Shown here one piece after another: positions 26,091-40,803 of a DNA stretch of 64,000 nt. The position numbers and the translations under genes were made by a program. Source of the stretch: Octopus sinensis (Eukaryota); the NCBI RefSeq assembly GCF_006345805.1, contig NC_043006.1:45260001-45324000 (forward strand), in the 5' to 3' direction. Every line of letters starts with the position of its first letter. The first letter of the stretch is position 1. The notes under the pieces were generated by a model. The model worked only from the letters and a program-made list of their open reading frames with translations, was not told where the DNA came from and searched no databases.

Positions 26091-26838
26091 AGCTGCCAAT
26101 TGTTGTTATTTTACAGTGGTAAGGCAACAAGCTAGCAGAATCGTTACAACACTGGGTAAAATGCTTAATGCCATTTCAACCAACTTTGCGTTCTGAGTTC
26201 AAATGACACCAGAATCAACTTTGTCCTTCCAAGAATGATAATATAAGAACCAGTTGAGCACAAGGATTGACGTAATCAACTTAACCTCTCCCCCAAAGTT
26301 GCTGGCTTTGTGCTAAAATTTGAAACCATTGTTTTATAGTAGTGAGCTGGTAGGCTCGTTAGAGCATCAGGAAAATATGCTTTACAGTATAAGTTCCAGC
26401 TCTCCACATTCTGAGTTCAAATCCCGCCCACAGCAAAAAAATGTTTTGCTGTATATATTTCAGCTATCTACATTCAGACTTCAAATCTTACCAAGGTCAA
26501 TTTTGCTTTTCATCCTTTCAAGGTCAACAAAGCACTAGATTGAGGTCTGTGGAATCAATTAAGCCGACCCCATTGTGGTCCTTTATACAAATCAAATTAC
26601 AGAACGGCCAAAGAGTTTCAACATATTAAAAAGCTTAACCATCATGACCTAAACAGCTTGTTCCTAGTCATTTTAGGTGCCTCTGGAGTTAGAGTAAATG
26701 AAGACACCTTCTTCATCTTCTCATACATGATGCAGCAGAACACCAATGTTGTGGAAGCTGGAGGGAGACACAGCAGCCCCAACAGCCATCTGGTACACAT
26801 TTTCAACTAAACACGCTGGAGCAATGCGAAATGAAGTA

Positions 26839-27180
26839 CCAACATAACATGGCAGTCCTGGTTTAGGACTATTGTTGCTGTAATTTAACCCCAAGAGACA
26901 TCGTCTCCAGCTGGCTATACGACATGATCTGTGTCCTTATATTTAGGAACAAGGGAATCTAGCACACCCACTCAGCTCAAAAAAATATCTGTATTGTGAT
27001 TTCTGGGTTATTCGAAACTATAAGGACACAGATCGTGTCGTATAGCCAGATGGAGATGATGGGGCTAAATTACAGCAATATTAGTCCTAAACCAGGACTG
27101 CCATGTTATGTTGGCAAACAATCTTTACTACAAAGTACTGTTGCTGAATATCTCATGTTGTGAGATTTAAAAATAGTAAT
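26839..27180. mobile_element. Fold-back element with about 100-bp arms, related to 55018-55240
   Basis: Arms 26839-26941 and 27019-27114; shares the motif CCCCA(G/A)GAG..CATCGTCTCCAGCTGGC with the 55-kb element. Confidence 0.75.
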
Positions 27181-28520
27181 GGCCAGATATGTTCTCCAAG
27201 AATATTGGAAATGAAGGACACTGCTTGTATGACAGTGATAATCATTTACATCAACCACATGATGTCAAGACAAGGAAACACACACACAGATGGTGGACTC
27301 TCTTGTTGTAGGTGACTGATGAGGGTTTCACAACTTATTTCTGAACAACACGCACATGTAATTTGTTTATAGTGATCAAATGTTTGCGCTGTACATTAGT
27401 TCACTCTCTCCATCAAATTAACATTACCTGTACAGGTGCACAAGTGTGTCACATGTTGAAGTGATCGCAGAGCGACATGAGATGAACATTTTTTCTCAAG
27501 AACACAACACATCGCCCAATCCAGGATTTGAAACCACAATTTTGCAATCATAAGTGCAACACTCTAACCAGTGGGCCATACACTTTCACACATACACACA
27601 CACCATCATTATTATCATCATTTAATGTCTATTTTCCATGCTGGCATGGGTTGGACGGTTTGACAGGAGCTGGCAAGCCAGAAGACTGTACCAAGCTCCA
27701 CTGTTTGTTTTGGCATAGTTTTTACAGCTGGGTGCCCTTCCTAATGCCAACCACTTTACAGAGTGGACACATGCATACAAGTACATATAAACACAACGGG
27801 TTTCTTTCAGTTTCCATGAATGAAATCCATTTACAATATTTTTGTTTGGCCTGATGCTACAGTAAAAGAGAGTTGCTCAAGGCACCACAGAGTGGGACTG
27901 AACCTGAAGCCATGAGGTTGGGAAGCAAACTTCTTAACAACACAGCCACGCCTGCACCTATTATATAAACTTATATGTGAAATTGTTCCATCAAAATCTA
28001 TCCCATTTCTACTAACACAGAAAAACCAGATGTAGAACAGTAAAAGTGCATTTACACAAACAACACACACACACACAGAAGTCCTTACAGTATATTAAAT
28101 CTCCTCTTTCATAAGTAGTGCCATTATTTTCCCATATTCTCACCGAGACACTTTCAAACAAAGAATATATCCAACAGAGCTTGTCAATCATTCTAAGATT
28201 GATACTTCCAGTCAAATGCCAGCATCACAAGAGGAACAACTCAATGGTTCCGCTCCATTTTAGCTGATATGATACACTTTAACTCACAGAAAATTGCTCT
28301 CAAGCATTTCCTACACAGAAAATATGCCATTTTCTTTTAGTTCTTTTACAGATTTCAGTCATTAGACTGTGGCCACGCTGGGGCACCATCTCCATCACAT
28401 TGGTTGGTTCCCAGTTTTGATCTCAGTCCAATGTTTATTTTATCAATTTCTATTCATCACATAGCTGTAAGCTTTAACTTTTTAGTGCCAAATGGGTGGA
28501 ATAATGTAGGTTACACACTG

Positions 28521-28564
<44 letters not shown>

Positions 28565-28764
28565 CATATATATTCTTTTATTTGTTTATTGGTTTCAGTC
28601 GTTTGACTGCAGTCATGCTGGAGCACCAGGACTTATTCTTTATAAACCTGGTACCTGGTACTTATTGTATCAGTCTCTTTTGCTGCACCGCTAAGTTACA
28701 GGGACATAAACACCCCAACATTGGTTGTCAGGCAATGGTGGTAAGACAAACCACAGATACACAA

Positions 28765-28804
<40 letters not shown>

Positions 28805-28805
<1 letters not shown>

Positions 28806-29002
28806 TAATCCAAACATGAAAACACCAAGAGAAAACACAACAACGCGAGGACGTAGAACAAGTATAGTATTATTGGACGCTCAGGAAAGAAGGAGGGTTT
28901 AACGTTTAGAGCGGAGCTCTTCGTCAGAAACAAAGGAAAAGGAAAGATCCAAAGAAGGGAAGACGGAGGAAAAAAAATCGCCAACGGTACACACGCGGTC
29001 AC
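28805..29002 (-). mobile_element. Family B: about 200-bp hammerhead-bearing Penelope-type terminal repeat, copy 1
   Basis: Motif GTTT-CTGACGA-A-GAGC-TCC-GCTC-TAAA-CGTT-AAAC at 28897-28931; abuts (TA)n. Confidence 0.8.
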
Positions 29003-29783
29003 AAAACATATTGCATACTTGAGTGCAAGTTATATTTGAGGTGATGAGCTGAAAATAATTTTTACTCGAAATGAAACGGTGGTGCCCCAGTATGGCCACA
29101 GTCAAATGATTGAAACAAGTGAAAAATAAAAACAGAAAATAATAAAAGAAGCAAGAGGCATTTACTCTATACTCCTCTGACCAACATTCAATAGTCATTT
29201 CTATGCACTCTCCTCCTGTTTTATCCTCTCCTTCTGCCTCCCCAACTGCAACTACATCGACCTCTGTTTCTCTTAAATTCACCAACTTTACACCACACCC
29301 ACATGAACACACTTCAATGACAATCAGTGACCCCTGTTCCTCCTCCGTAGACTAATTAGACTACCTGCAGGGATGCAGCATAAGTACCTGCCAGGAACTG
29401 AACCATAAACTTCTCAGCCAACAGATCAATGCTCACGATGCCTATTAAACAGCAGCTCAATTACATAACATTTTATCTAAAACAATGCTCTAATTAATTC
29501 TAATTAATACAGTGCTTAAATTAGTATGACAATTACCAGTACTTCAATTAAAACACTGCTCTAATTAATAATACAATTTCAATTATCACACTGTTTAAAT
29601 TAATACTAACACAATAATTATACTAATACATTACAATGCATTAATTCATTAATTAAATTACTAGACTGCTTTTTTTTTATTCACAAGCTGTAGATTCACA
29701 TATTCAGTATCATAACAATAGCCCAGTCCAGACAACGGGAAAATACACAGACACTGTTTAATTTTGAAGTCTTACATTTTTAA

Positions 29784-30004
29784 CCCTTTTGTTACCAACC
29801 TGGCTGAAACCGGCTCTGGCTCTGAGTACAAATGTCTAGTTTTTCATAAGTTTTGAATTAAAATCTTCCACCAAACCTTAGTCATAATTGATGTTCCTAA
29901 CACTAGCTTAATGATAACTAAGTTATTTTACTAAATTCTTTGTTATATTTAAAATAATTGAAAGAAACACAGAGCATCTCAAAAAAAATTTGGTAACAAA
30001 AGGG
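29784..30004. mobile_element. piggyBac-type TTAA MITE
   Basis: TTAA|CCCTTTTGTTACC...GGTAACAAAAGGG|TTAA. Confidence 0.88.
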
Positions 30005-30035
30005 TTAAAATATATAATATAGAAACAATTCTTAA

Positions 30036-30257
30036 CCCTTTTGATACCAACTCGGCTGAAACCAACTCTGGCTCTGTAGTACAAATGTCTAGTTTTTCAT
30101 AAGTTTTGAATTAAAATCTTCCACCAAACCTTAGTCACAATTTATGTTCCTAACACTAGCTTAATGATAACTAAGTTATTTTACTAAATTCTTTGTTATA
30201 TTTAAAATAATTGAAAGAAACATAGAGCGTCTCAACAGAAATACAGTAATGAAAGGG
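30036..30257. mobile_element. piggyBac-type TTAA MITE, second copy
   Basis: TTAA|CCCTTT...AAAGGG|TTAA; highly similar to the copy 31 bp upstream. Confidence 0.88.
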
Positions 30258-31948
30258 TTAATGATTTTTTTTCTTTAACTTGTTTCACTCATTTGACTGT
30301 GGCCATGCTGGGGCACTACCTTGAGGAACTTTTAGGCGAATAAATCAACCCCCAGTATTTTTTTTTTAAGTCTAATACTTATTCTTTCAATCTCTTTTAT
30401 CAAACTGCTAACTTATGGGGACATAAACATACCAACACCTGTTGTCAAGTGGAGGGGAGGGATCTCACACACACACACATATATAGGACCCATCCATGAA
30501 GCTGAGTACTAGAAGAGTTGTGTTCCACCCACATGTAACAGCACACTTTTCACCCATTCTACCCTAAGAAATCAAACAACAACTCCTCTTCTAATTGCAT
30601 CTTTGTCTTCCTCACATTTCCTCCTCATACGTTACGATTATTTTCCAATACCCTTTCTTGCCCTCACTACCATGCTCCCTGTATCACTGCTCAACACCCC
30701 ACCACCCACACCCTATTTTTCTAACCAGGTTCTACACTCATATTCTTGTTATTTGTGAGTATGCCCCTAGCACTACACCATCTCTCTTCTGCTCTCTCTT
30801 ACACTTTTGCTGTTTCCTACTCTCTCTATCTCTCTCTTTCCCTTTGGTCACTCACTCTCTCCTTCTCTTGTTTTTCCTCTGATTAGGTAACCAAGTATCA
30901 CCTTTACATCAGCACACTTGGTTCTGGCCTCTTTCTAACTCTCTATCTCCTCTCACTGGGTAACCATGTACCTCTTCTATAGCAAGACACCTATTTCTGC
31001 CTCTCTATTTCTCTGTTACACTCTAACCTCTCATCATCTAATACTGGATCACCTCCTCTAATGCCCCCTCTGTTGTGGAAAGACACCTGCTTCTGTCTCC
31101 CTGTCTCTTTGCCACACACTAACTTTCATCCTCTGACACGAATGCCCTGCCCCTCTCATAATTCCTTGTCTTGTGAGTTACTTGGTCATCCTGCGAGTGC
31201 TAGTGCCACATTAAAAGCATCCACTCCACACTGTAGTGTGATTGGCATTTGGAAGGGAACCCAGCTGTAAAAATCTTGCCAAAAGTAACTTCACCTATGC
31301 TAGTACCAATAGAAAGCACTGAGCCCACTCTGTGGAGTGATTGGTGTTAGGAAGGACATCGAGCTGTAAAATGCCTGCCAAAACAGACACAGTAGCCTTG
31401 GGTAGATTTTCTACTTGGCCGGCTCCTGTCAACCATCCTACCCATGCATGCATGGAAGATGGACATTAAACAATGATGATAATTATATATATCATCATCA
31501 TCATCACTTAACGTCCATTTTCCATGCTGGCATGGGTTGGACGGTTTGACTGAGGTCTGGAAAGCCAGCGACTGCACCAGACTCCAATCTGATCTGGCAG
31601 AGTTTCTACAGCTAGATGCCCTTCCTAACACCAACCTCTCTGAGTGAAGTGGGTGCTTTTTACGTGCCACTGGCACAGGAGCCAGTCAGGTGAGCCTGGC
31701 ATTGATCACGTTTGGATAGTGTTTTTTATGTGCCACTGGCACAGGAACCAGTCTTGGGGCACTGGCATCAGTCACATTTGGATGGAGCTCTTTGCGTGTC
31801 ACTGGCATAGCAGTCAGTCAGGTGGCCCTGGCATCAATCACATTCAGACAGTACATTTTACATGCCACCAGCACAGGAGCTAGTCAGGAGGCACTGGCAT
31901 TGGCCATAGTCGGATGGTGCTTTTTACATGTCACTGACACGGGAGCCA

Positions 31949-32001
<53 letters not shown>

Positions 32002-32041
32002 ATATATATAGGTAAAAACGGTAAGATATATATATATATAT

Positions 32042-32241
32042 AGTTAATCCAAACAAGAACAAGCAAGAAAACACAACAACACGAGGACATGGAATAAGTA
32101 CAGTGTAATGGGACGTTCAGGAAAGGAAAGAAAAGAAAGAGGATTTCACGTTTCGAGCGGAGCTCTTCATCAGAAATATAGAAAAAGTCCAAAGAAGGGA
32201 AGACGGAGAGAGAAAATCACCAACGGTACACATGTGGTCAC
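32042..32241 (-). mobile_element. Family B copy 2
   Basis: ATTT-CTGATGA-A-GAGC-TCC-GCTC-GAAA-CGTG-AAAT at 32143-32177; abuts (TA)n. Confidence 0.8.
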
Positions 32242-32248
32242 ATATTGA

Positions 32249-32293
<45 letters not shown>

Positions 32294-33267
32294 ATAGGTT
32301 CCAACACAGTTTCCATGTATCAATTTCGGTCATAAGAGATTAGTTGACCAGGACTAAAGCAGAAGACCCGAGGTGCTGCACAGAGGGAATGAAACCAAAA
32401 CCATATGATTACAAAACAAGCTTCTTAACCATTCGACCATGTCTGAACTCACAGAAAAGTTTTTAATAAAAAATCATTAATTACTAATTATAGAAGTTTT
32501 AATAAACTAACCATTGAAGCAAACCGAGACCATTATATATAATTTCAGTAAAACTGGGGTTTTTCAGAAATAAAAAAAAAAAGAAAAATTGTTAAAATAT
32601 ATTTTTTTCCTCTTTTGTCAGATTAAATCCAATCTCATTTCCCATAATTATATGGCACTATATTTTTTATTTTTTTAGGACGGTGGGGAGGGGAAAATTA
32701 TTCTCCATTAACCTTTGACCTTTGTATGAAAGCTTTTGAAGTTTTTTTGAGATATTTTTATTCATATTTCATAATAAGCTTAAAGTTGAAGAGTACAGCA
32801 GCCGATGATGACAATGACGGTGATGAGCAGGACGATGACAACTATGGCGGTAGATGGAATGATGAGGACAATGATGACAATGATGAGGATGATGATGACA
32901 ATGATGATTTATAATATCATCATCTTCTGACAATAGCTGAGGTCAAATTCGTTAGATCTTTCTTTCTCAGTCGTTTAAGCAACTGAAATTAGATGACATG
33001 GAAAACTAGAGGTGGTGGTCGTGGTAGGGAAAATGATTAGAGTACTTTGAAACAGGGAGGCTCTATGTGGTCGTTCCAATTACTAGAAATAACAATCAAA
33101 TCTCCTTCAAATTATATCTGAAGACACACTGAGCAGTGTACTTCAGGGTACAGCCATTATCATCATCATCATCGTTTAGCATCTGTAGTGTGCATGGAAA
33201 AAAAACGAAAAAGACATAATGGTCACAGCTGGAAAAGATTTTGTTTCTAAGTCAGTTTCATCAAGTG

Positions 33268-33847
33268 TCATCATCATCATCGTTTTACATCCATTTTCCA
33301 TGCTGGCATGGGTTGGACGGTTTGACTGGGGTCTGGGAAGCCAGGAGGCTACACCAGGCCCCAATCTGATTTGGCAGTGTTTCTACAGCTGGATACCCTT
33401 CCTAATGCCAACCACTCCAAGAGTGTAGTGGGTGCTTTTGACATGCCACCAAGACAAAAGGCCAGAGGAGCTGGCATCGACCACGATCGGAAAGTGCTTT
33501 TTTATGTGCCACTAGCACGGAAGCCAGTCAAGGCGGTTCTGGCTTCAGCCACGTTCGGATGGTGCTTTTCACATGCTACCAGCATGGGGCTCATAACTAC
33601 AATTTCCATTTGATTTGATTTTGATTTTGATATTGCTGTTGATGTTGATGTACTTGACTCAATAGGTCTCCTCAAGCATGGCATATCACCCTAAGGTACT
33701 TTGAGTGGGCTGGTTTTGCAACACTGGTGTAGGTTACAGCTGTGTACTCACTTTATTTGCCAGGTCTTCTCGGTCACAGCATACCTCCAGAGGTCTCAGT
33801 CTTTTGTCATTGCCTCTGTGAGGCCCAACATTCAAAGGTCATGCTTG
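33268..33847 (-). mobile_element. 5'-truncated RTE LINE (ORF end plus 3'UTR)
   Basis: KHDL*MLGLTEAMTKD*DLWRYAVTEKT followed by the same (GAT)n-tailed UTR. Confidence 0.8.
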
Positions 33848-33899
33848 AAAAATTGAAAAAAAGAAAAAAACTATTCAACTGCCACCCACAGAAAATGCC

Positions 33900-35750
33900 T
33901 TGCAATTCACTTCAGGTTCTTGAAGTTATCAGCCAGGAAATTGATATGCTAACAGTTTGGTAGATATGGCAATTAAGGGCATGAAAGCAGGAAAAGCCTC
34001 CTGGCCCATCAGGAATTAATGCTGAAATGCTTAAAATATCTGACAGAGTGGGATATAGACTAATCAACCATATAATTAATCAGGTTGTACAAGAAGGTAT
34101 CATACCCAATGACTGGTGTAGCAGCATTAGAGTCAACTGTTACAAGAGTAAAGGTGATGCTTGAGACAGAAGTAATAACAGAGGTTCAAAAATTTCTGGA
34201 ACAGCTCATGAAAGTCACAGAGTTATAGCTCAATTAATTAGGAACAGAATTAGATAAGATATAGTTTGGTTTTGTACTAGGGAGAAATATTTAGTTAAAA
34301 GAAAACCACAGTACTTGGCATTCATCAATCTGGAGAAAGCATTCAACAGAGTCCCTCACTCTATAATATGGCAATCTCTCAGAAAGCTAGTTAGATGAAT
34401 GGCTTGTGAAAGCTATACAAGTCACGTACTGGGTGCTATCAATAAGGTGATAGTTAATCATGAATACAGTGACAGATTTAGAGAACAGGTAAGTGTTCAG
34501 CAGGGTTCAGTTCTCGGCCCCCTTCTATTCATCTTAGTCCTCCAGGCCATAACAAAGGAATTTAAAACTGCTTGCCCTGGAGAACTACTATATTCTGTTG
34601 ACCTTGTTCTAATAACTGAACCTGTAGTAGAATTAGAAAAGAAATTCTAGGTGCTGAAGCAAAATCTGGGATTGGAAGGCCTTAAAATTAACTTAGCAGA
34701 AACCTATATTCTAGAAAGCAAGAAAACAGACAGGACTCCAGTTCCTTTAGTTAAATGACTCTGCTTTGATATATAGGAAAGGTGTAGGCAGAAATTCCAT
34801 ACAGTGAAACCAGTACAAGCTACAGACATACAAAAGGTGGAGTGTAGTGGGATCAAAGGAAGGTTAATGAAGAAAGTAGTCTTTGTATGTGATAGATGTA
34901 CAGGAGCAATAAACTTTTCTTTAATACATTGGAGGATCCCTAGGGGTGATAGATAGTTACTGTTATATACATGACCAAATTAGCATTGGAGAAGGAGGTT
35001 CTGAAAGTATAGTTGCTAGAACAACAATAGGATGGAGAAAGTTCAGACAGCTATCACTACTGTTGGCAACAAAAGGTTGTATGATGTTTGTGAGCAATGT
35101 TATATAGTAGTGAGATGTGGACCCTAAATGTAAAGGACATGCACAGACAAGAAAGGAACGAAGCTAGTATACTCTAATGGACATGGAACCTCAGTGTGTA
35201 ATATAGACAAAGTGCAGATGTGTTGAGGAAATTAGACAGAAGAGGAATCTGACGCAGCATGCAAGAGAGAAAAATGTGCTGTTTGGTCATGTGATGCATA
35301 CGGATGAGGACAGAAGTATAAAAAGCTACTAGTCACATCATCATTTAATGTCTGTTGTCCATGCTGGCATGGGTTGGATGGTTTGACCGGGCTGGCACCC
35401 TGGAAGGCTACACCGGACTCCAGTATGATTTGACATGGTTTTCTACGGCTGGATGCCCTCCTAACATCAACCACTCTGAGAGTGTAATGAGTGCCTTTGC
35501 ATGCCACCAGTATGTCACAACTACAATTTTGTTCAGCTTGATAGGTCTTGTTCTCAAGCACAACATGATGCCAAAGGTCTTGATCATTGCCTCTGTGAGG
35601 CCCAACACTTAAAGCTGAGAAAACTTATGGAAGAGTGAAACCCAAGAAAACATAGGACAAAGTAATGAAGGCTGATCCCAAGATGTTAACCCTTATGGAG
35701 GAGAGAACAAAGGACCAAAATGACCAGCAATTTGCTATACTCAAGAGGAC
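33900..35750 (+). pseudogene. Degraded RTE-clade reverse transcriptase ORF
   Basis: Fragments across frames: AIKGMKAGKA/GPSGINAEMLK, FINLEKAFNRVP, QGSVLGPLLFILVL, ELLYSVDLVL (degenerate YADD), C-terminal KPKKT*DKV. Interrupted by an inverted RTE 3' fragment at 35335-35610. Confidence 0.88.
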
Positions 35751-36254
35751 TCATATATTTCAAAAGTGAAGTCCTAAAATGCATTATATTTGTGTCTACA
35801 CACACATAAGCCATATCCTTACACCTAGTCTGCATTCCTCTCATCTCATTCTCTTAACACCCATCCCTCCATCACCCTCCTAACTATGGCACTACTCAGC
35901 TGCTTCTCTTGCTATAATCACCTCAGAATTAGTACTTATCTCTTCTCTCCCCTTTTTTACATAACCCTTTATATCTTCCTTCTCTTGAAACCAATTCTAC
36001 TTTTCTCACCTTCCCTCACTTACAATCATCACACACTGTCAAGGCATGAGTACACACACACACACACACACACGCAACAGGCTTCCTTCAGTTTCCATCT
36101 ACCAAATCCACTCACAACACTTTGCTGAACCCAGGGCTATAAAAGAAGAAACTTGCCTAAGATACCACACAGTGGAACTGAACCTGAGACCACATGGATG
36201 GAAAGTGAGCCCCTCAATGACACACCAAAGCCTGCATTTCATTTTATATATTAA

Positions 36255-36474
36255 CCTTTTGATACCAACCCAGCTGAAACTGCCTCTGGCTCTGTAATAC
36301 AAATGCATTGTTTTCAAATGTTCTGAATTAAAATCTTCCACCAAACCTTAGTCACAATTTATGTTCCTAATACTAGCTTAATGATAACTAAGTTATTTTA
36401 CTAAATTCTTTGTTATATTTAAAATAATTGAAAGAAACACAGAGCATCTCAACAGAAATACAGTAATGAAAGGG
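36255..36474. mobile_element. piggyBac-type TTAA MITE, third copy
   Basis: TTAA-flanked; same internal sequence as the 30-kb pair. Confidence 0.85.
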
Positions 36475-37335
36475 TTAATACACCCAAAATCTTGCATTTA
36501 GATCTCTCTTTATTCTTTTACTTGTTTCAGTCAAATGACTGTGGCCATGCTGGAGCACCACCTTTAGTCAAGCAAATCAATCCCAGGACTTATTCTTTGT
36601 AAGCCTAGTACTTATTCTATTGGTCTCTTTTGCTGAACCACTAAGTTATGGGGACGTAAACAAACCAGCATCGGTTGTCAAGCGATGTTGGGGGGACAAA
36701 TAAAGACCTACAAACATATACACACACACAGAGATACATATATATATATGACAGGCTTCTTTCAGTTTCTGTCTACCAGATCCACTCACAAGGCTTTGGT
36801 CTGCCCGAGGCTATAGTAGAAGACACTTGCCCAAGGTGCCATGCAGTGGGAATGAACCCAGAACCATGTGGTTGGTAAGCAAGCTACTTACTACACAGCC
36901 ACTCCTGTACACAAATACTATGCATTGCTTTTGAATTGTTGTCATAAGTATTGTGCATTGAATTCATAGATAGATAAGGAAATCTGTACCTCAGTACAAT
37001 TTCCTTCATCAGGTATATAAACTAATTCAATCACTGACAAACCCAGAACTATCACAAATGGTGAGCCAGCAGAACCATTAGCATGCCAAATGAAATGCTT
37101 AGCAGCATTTTGTCAGTCTTTATGTTCTAAGTTCAAATTCTGCCAAGGTCAACTTTGCCTTTCATCATCTCGGGGTTGATAAAATAAGTACCAGTCAAGT
37201 CCTGTGGTCAATGTAAGGAATTGAGTTCGTCTTTCCCTTAAAACCTACTGACCCTATGCCAAAATTTGAAACCATTATTTGGGGAAAATTATTAATATGT
37301 AAGTAATAATATACAACATGCTATTAATAATACAT

Positions 37336-37620
37336 GTGGAGGCACATGGCCTAGTGGTTAGAGCAGCGGGCTCACGATCGAGGGATCACGGGTTTGAATC
37401 TTAGACCAGGCGATGTGTGTGCTTATGAGCGAAGCACCTAAGCTCAACGCAGCTCCGGCAGAAGGTAATGGCGAACTTCTGCTGACACTTTCGCCACAAC
37501 TTTCTCTCACTCTTTCCTCCTGCAACGGACCAGCGTCCCATCCAGGTGCGGAACCTATACATCAAGGAAACCGGGAAACCGGCCCTTATGAGCCGGGCAT
37601 GGCTCTAGAAGGAACAAACA
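37336..37620 (+). mobile_element. tRNA-derived SINE
   Basis: 13-bp TSD ATTAATAATACAT; sister of 9031-9342. Confidence 0.88.
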
Positions 37621-40600
37621 ATTAATAATACATAGCATGCTATTCCTTATAACACTGCCTTGAGGATCTCTTGAAATCATCACAATTCTGAGCTATCTAC
37701 TTATTAACCATAATGTTTTGAGATTTCCAAGCATTACCGTAAATTCAATTCCCTGATTCTGTGTATGCATATGTACATACACAGTTATGGCTGTCGTTTT
37801 CCAAGTAAACTGTATCTTTATTAAATTTATGTATAAAAGAAAAAATAATTGTTGTTTGCATGTTCGTATTTAAACATGTAGGCACAGGCATGACCATGTG
37901 GTTAAGAAACTTGCTTTGCAACTATGTGGTTTTGGGTTCAGTCCTGTGGTGACTCCAACACTTGGGCTGTCCAGGCTTAGTCTGAGTATAGATTTAATAA
38001 AGTAAGTGTGTATTTGCAAGCTGATTTAATTTCTGCCAACACTGACTTCAAGTATGTCATTGTAGCCCATAACTTGGGCTCTTTTGTATTGAGCCAGGTC
38101 GCAGTTCATTTATTTTTGTTCAGCGTCTGGCAGTCGTCTTAGAAATGCTCTGTGTTGAAAAATATCATTCGTAGCTAACATTCTCACAACATTGTTCACA
38201 CACACCTGACTCAGGCTCAGAAGTTACAGCCCGAGTTGTTATCTATAATCGTAAAAATTAAAAGCAATCCAAATTCAATGTTTTCTTGAAACAATAAATT
38301 TCTATAAAGGTTAGGATTTAAATTCCAATCTATGAACAATATCGGTTCTACAATATTCTTAAAGGAATGAAAAATTATCCAGCAACTCAGGCTAATACAA
38401 AGGAGCCTGGCAGGTATAAAAGACTAACTGGCATCTCTTGTCAAGAGTACAGATGACAGTCAGATCACTGATGTTTATTGTTATTCTGTGTGTGTCTCTG
38501 TGCAAAGATCAGTTGTGTTTTGCAGGGTTGCTTTATTTTCACCCTTAACTTAGAAATGGAGAAAGACATAACGCTAGACATAAAGAATAAGCCATTTGGG
38601 GTTAGAAATATTGTGGAAAAACACAAAATTCTTTGAGCAGGCATGTGTCTTATGCAAAATCAGTGATGAGCCTGGCATTGCCTCTGGTTCAGTCCCATTG
38701 TAAGGCATCTTAGGCAAGTGTCTTCTACTATAGCCCTGGACAGCCAATGCCTTGTGAGTGAATTTGGTAGATGGGAACAGTGTGGAAGCTTGCTCTCTGT
38801 GTGTGTTTGTCTCCCCACCATTGCTTGATGACTAGTGTTGGTTTGTTTACATCCCTGTAACTGAGCAGTTAAGCAAAAGTGACTGATAAAATAAATATCA
38901 GAATTAAAATATAAGTACTGGGGAGGAGGGGCAATTTTCTCAACTGAACCCTTCATGCTCCAGCATGACCACAGTCCAATAAATGAAACAAGTAGATAAT
39001 AAGAAATATAAGAGATGGACACAGCAGGGTTATGACACAACTGAAAGGTTAAGAAGCTCATTACAGAAACACAAGGTTCAGAGTTCAATCCTACTATATT
39101 ACATGCTATCTTCACTCTGTTACATGGGATTTATTATACTATATGGGATACTTCTACTATATTACAGAGGTCAAGTGTTTTTCACTATAGTTTTATGAAT
39201 GAACATGGGTAGACAGAAACTATGTAGAATCCTGTTGGATGGAATCATCATCATCATAATCCTCATCATTTAATGTCCATTTTTTATGCTGGCATGGTTG
39301 AATGGTTTGACAGGAGCTAGTTGGCTGGACACCTGCCCAGGCTCTAAACATCTGTTTTATCATGGTTTCTTATTTCTTTATTGCCCACAAGGGGCTAAAC
39401 ATAGAGGGGACAAACAAGGACAGACAAAGGAGTTAAGTCGATTACATCAACCCCAGTGCATAACTGGTACTTTATTTATCGACCCCGAAAGGATGAAAGG
39501 CAAAGTCAACCCCGGTGGAATTTGAACTCAGAACATAACGGCAGATGAAATACCGCTAAGCATTTTGCCTGGCATGCTAACGTTTCTGCCAGCTCGCTGT
39601 TTTAACATGGTTTCTATGGTTGGATGCCCTTCCTAATGCCAACCACTTTACAGAGTCTAAAGGGTGCTTTTTACATGGTGCCAGCACAGGTGCTTTTTAC
39701 ATGGCACTGAAATGGATGTTTTTTTTACATGGAACCAACACCTACGAGCTCACAAGACAAAGGACCTTTCAGCTGAGAGAGGACATAGAAGGGATGGCCA
39801 TAAAGGACATGGCTGTATGCATGCATGGCCACAATTTTACTTAGCATGACACGTCTCCTCAAGTACAATAAATCACACCAGAGAACTATGTTAAGGGTGC
39901 ATGTGTTTGTAGAGTAATTAGTCCCTTCACATAAACCTTTTGCCTGTTCTAAGCATTTTCATACATTTGTCCTAAACATCCATTCTCGTTTTTCAGACTT
40001 TCAATTAGCCCTTGTTTTATATGTTCTAGATAATATAAAGCTTTCCTCTTATAAGTTCCAAGTTACTCTGGTGGTTGACAAAAACGGGAAATGTGTATCA
40101 TATACGATGCATGGACGTCAAGGAAATATGTCCTGTGTGTCACACATGATATACCAGACAGGCAAAAGGCTAATTTAATAAGCAGGCAGTTTGGCTAATT
40201 AAAACAACTGAATACAATTCATCGACAACATCAAACATCCATTTGCTTTTACGTATTTAAGCATATCATTGATATGATACACTGGATCTTTATAAAGTAA
40301 ACAATCACAGTGTGATATGTCAATCAGAGCATTAAAAACATTCGAAGCACACACACACCTTAAACAAAAATGCACACACGCAAAAAGTGATCATTAAATG
40401 TAATTGTCCTCAAATGTGATCTTTTTATAAGTTAAGAAATCAAGCTACATAGCATAATATTGTAGGAGAAAAAAAAGTTGGAAATTGTCGCAATTATTCC
40501 TTTTGCAAAGACATGAATGAGGTAAATAAACTGAAGTTGAGCAGGAATATACGAGTACCTGCTTTTTTGTCCTACGGCAAACATCCTAGAAATTATGAGA

Positions 40601-40803
40601 ATAGCTTGGGTCTTTTATAAAAAAGCATATCTTTACCGGTATAATAAATTGTAAATCAGTTATAGATTCAAGTATTCAAAGTATAGGGAAATGTTTTACA
40701 AGGGAGTTAACTTTACCAAGGGAGACAACCTAGTATGACATGATCCTGAAGAGATGTCTAAATCTTACTTAATTTGCACTGGAACATCTTCAACATAGAA
40801 ATA

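Noticed and set aside
32726-32914. Asp-rich ORF
   Set aside because: Degenerate (GAT)n microsatellite.
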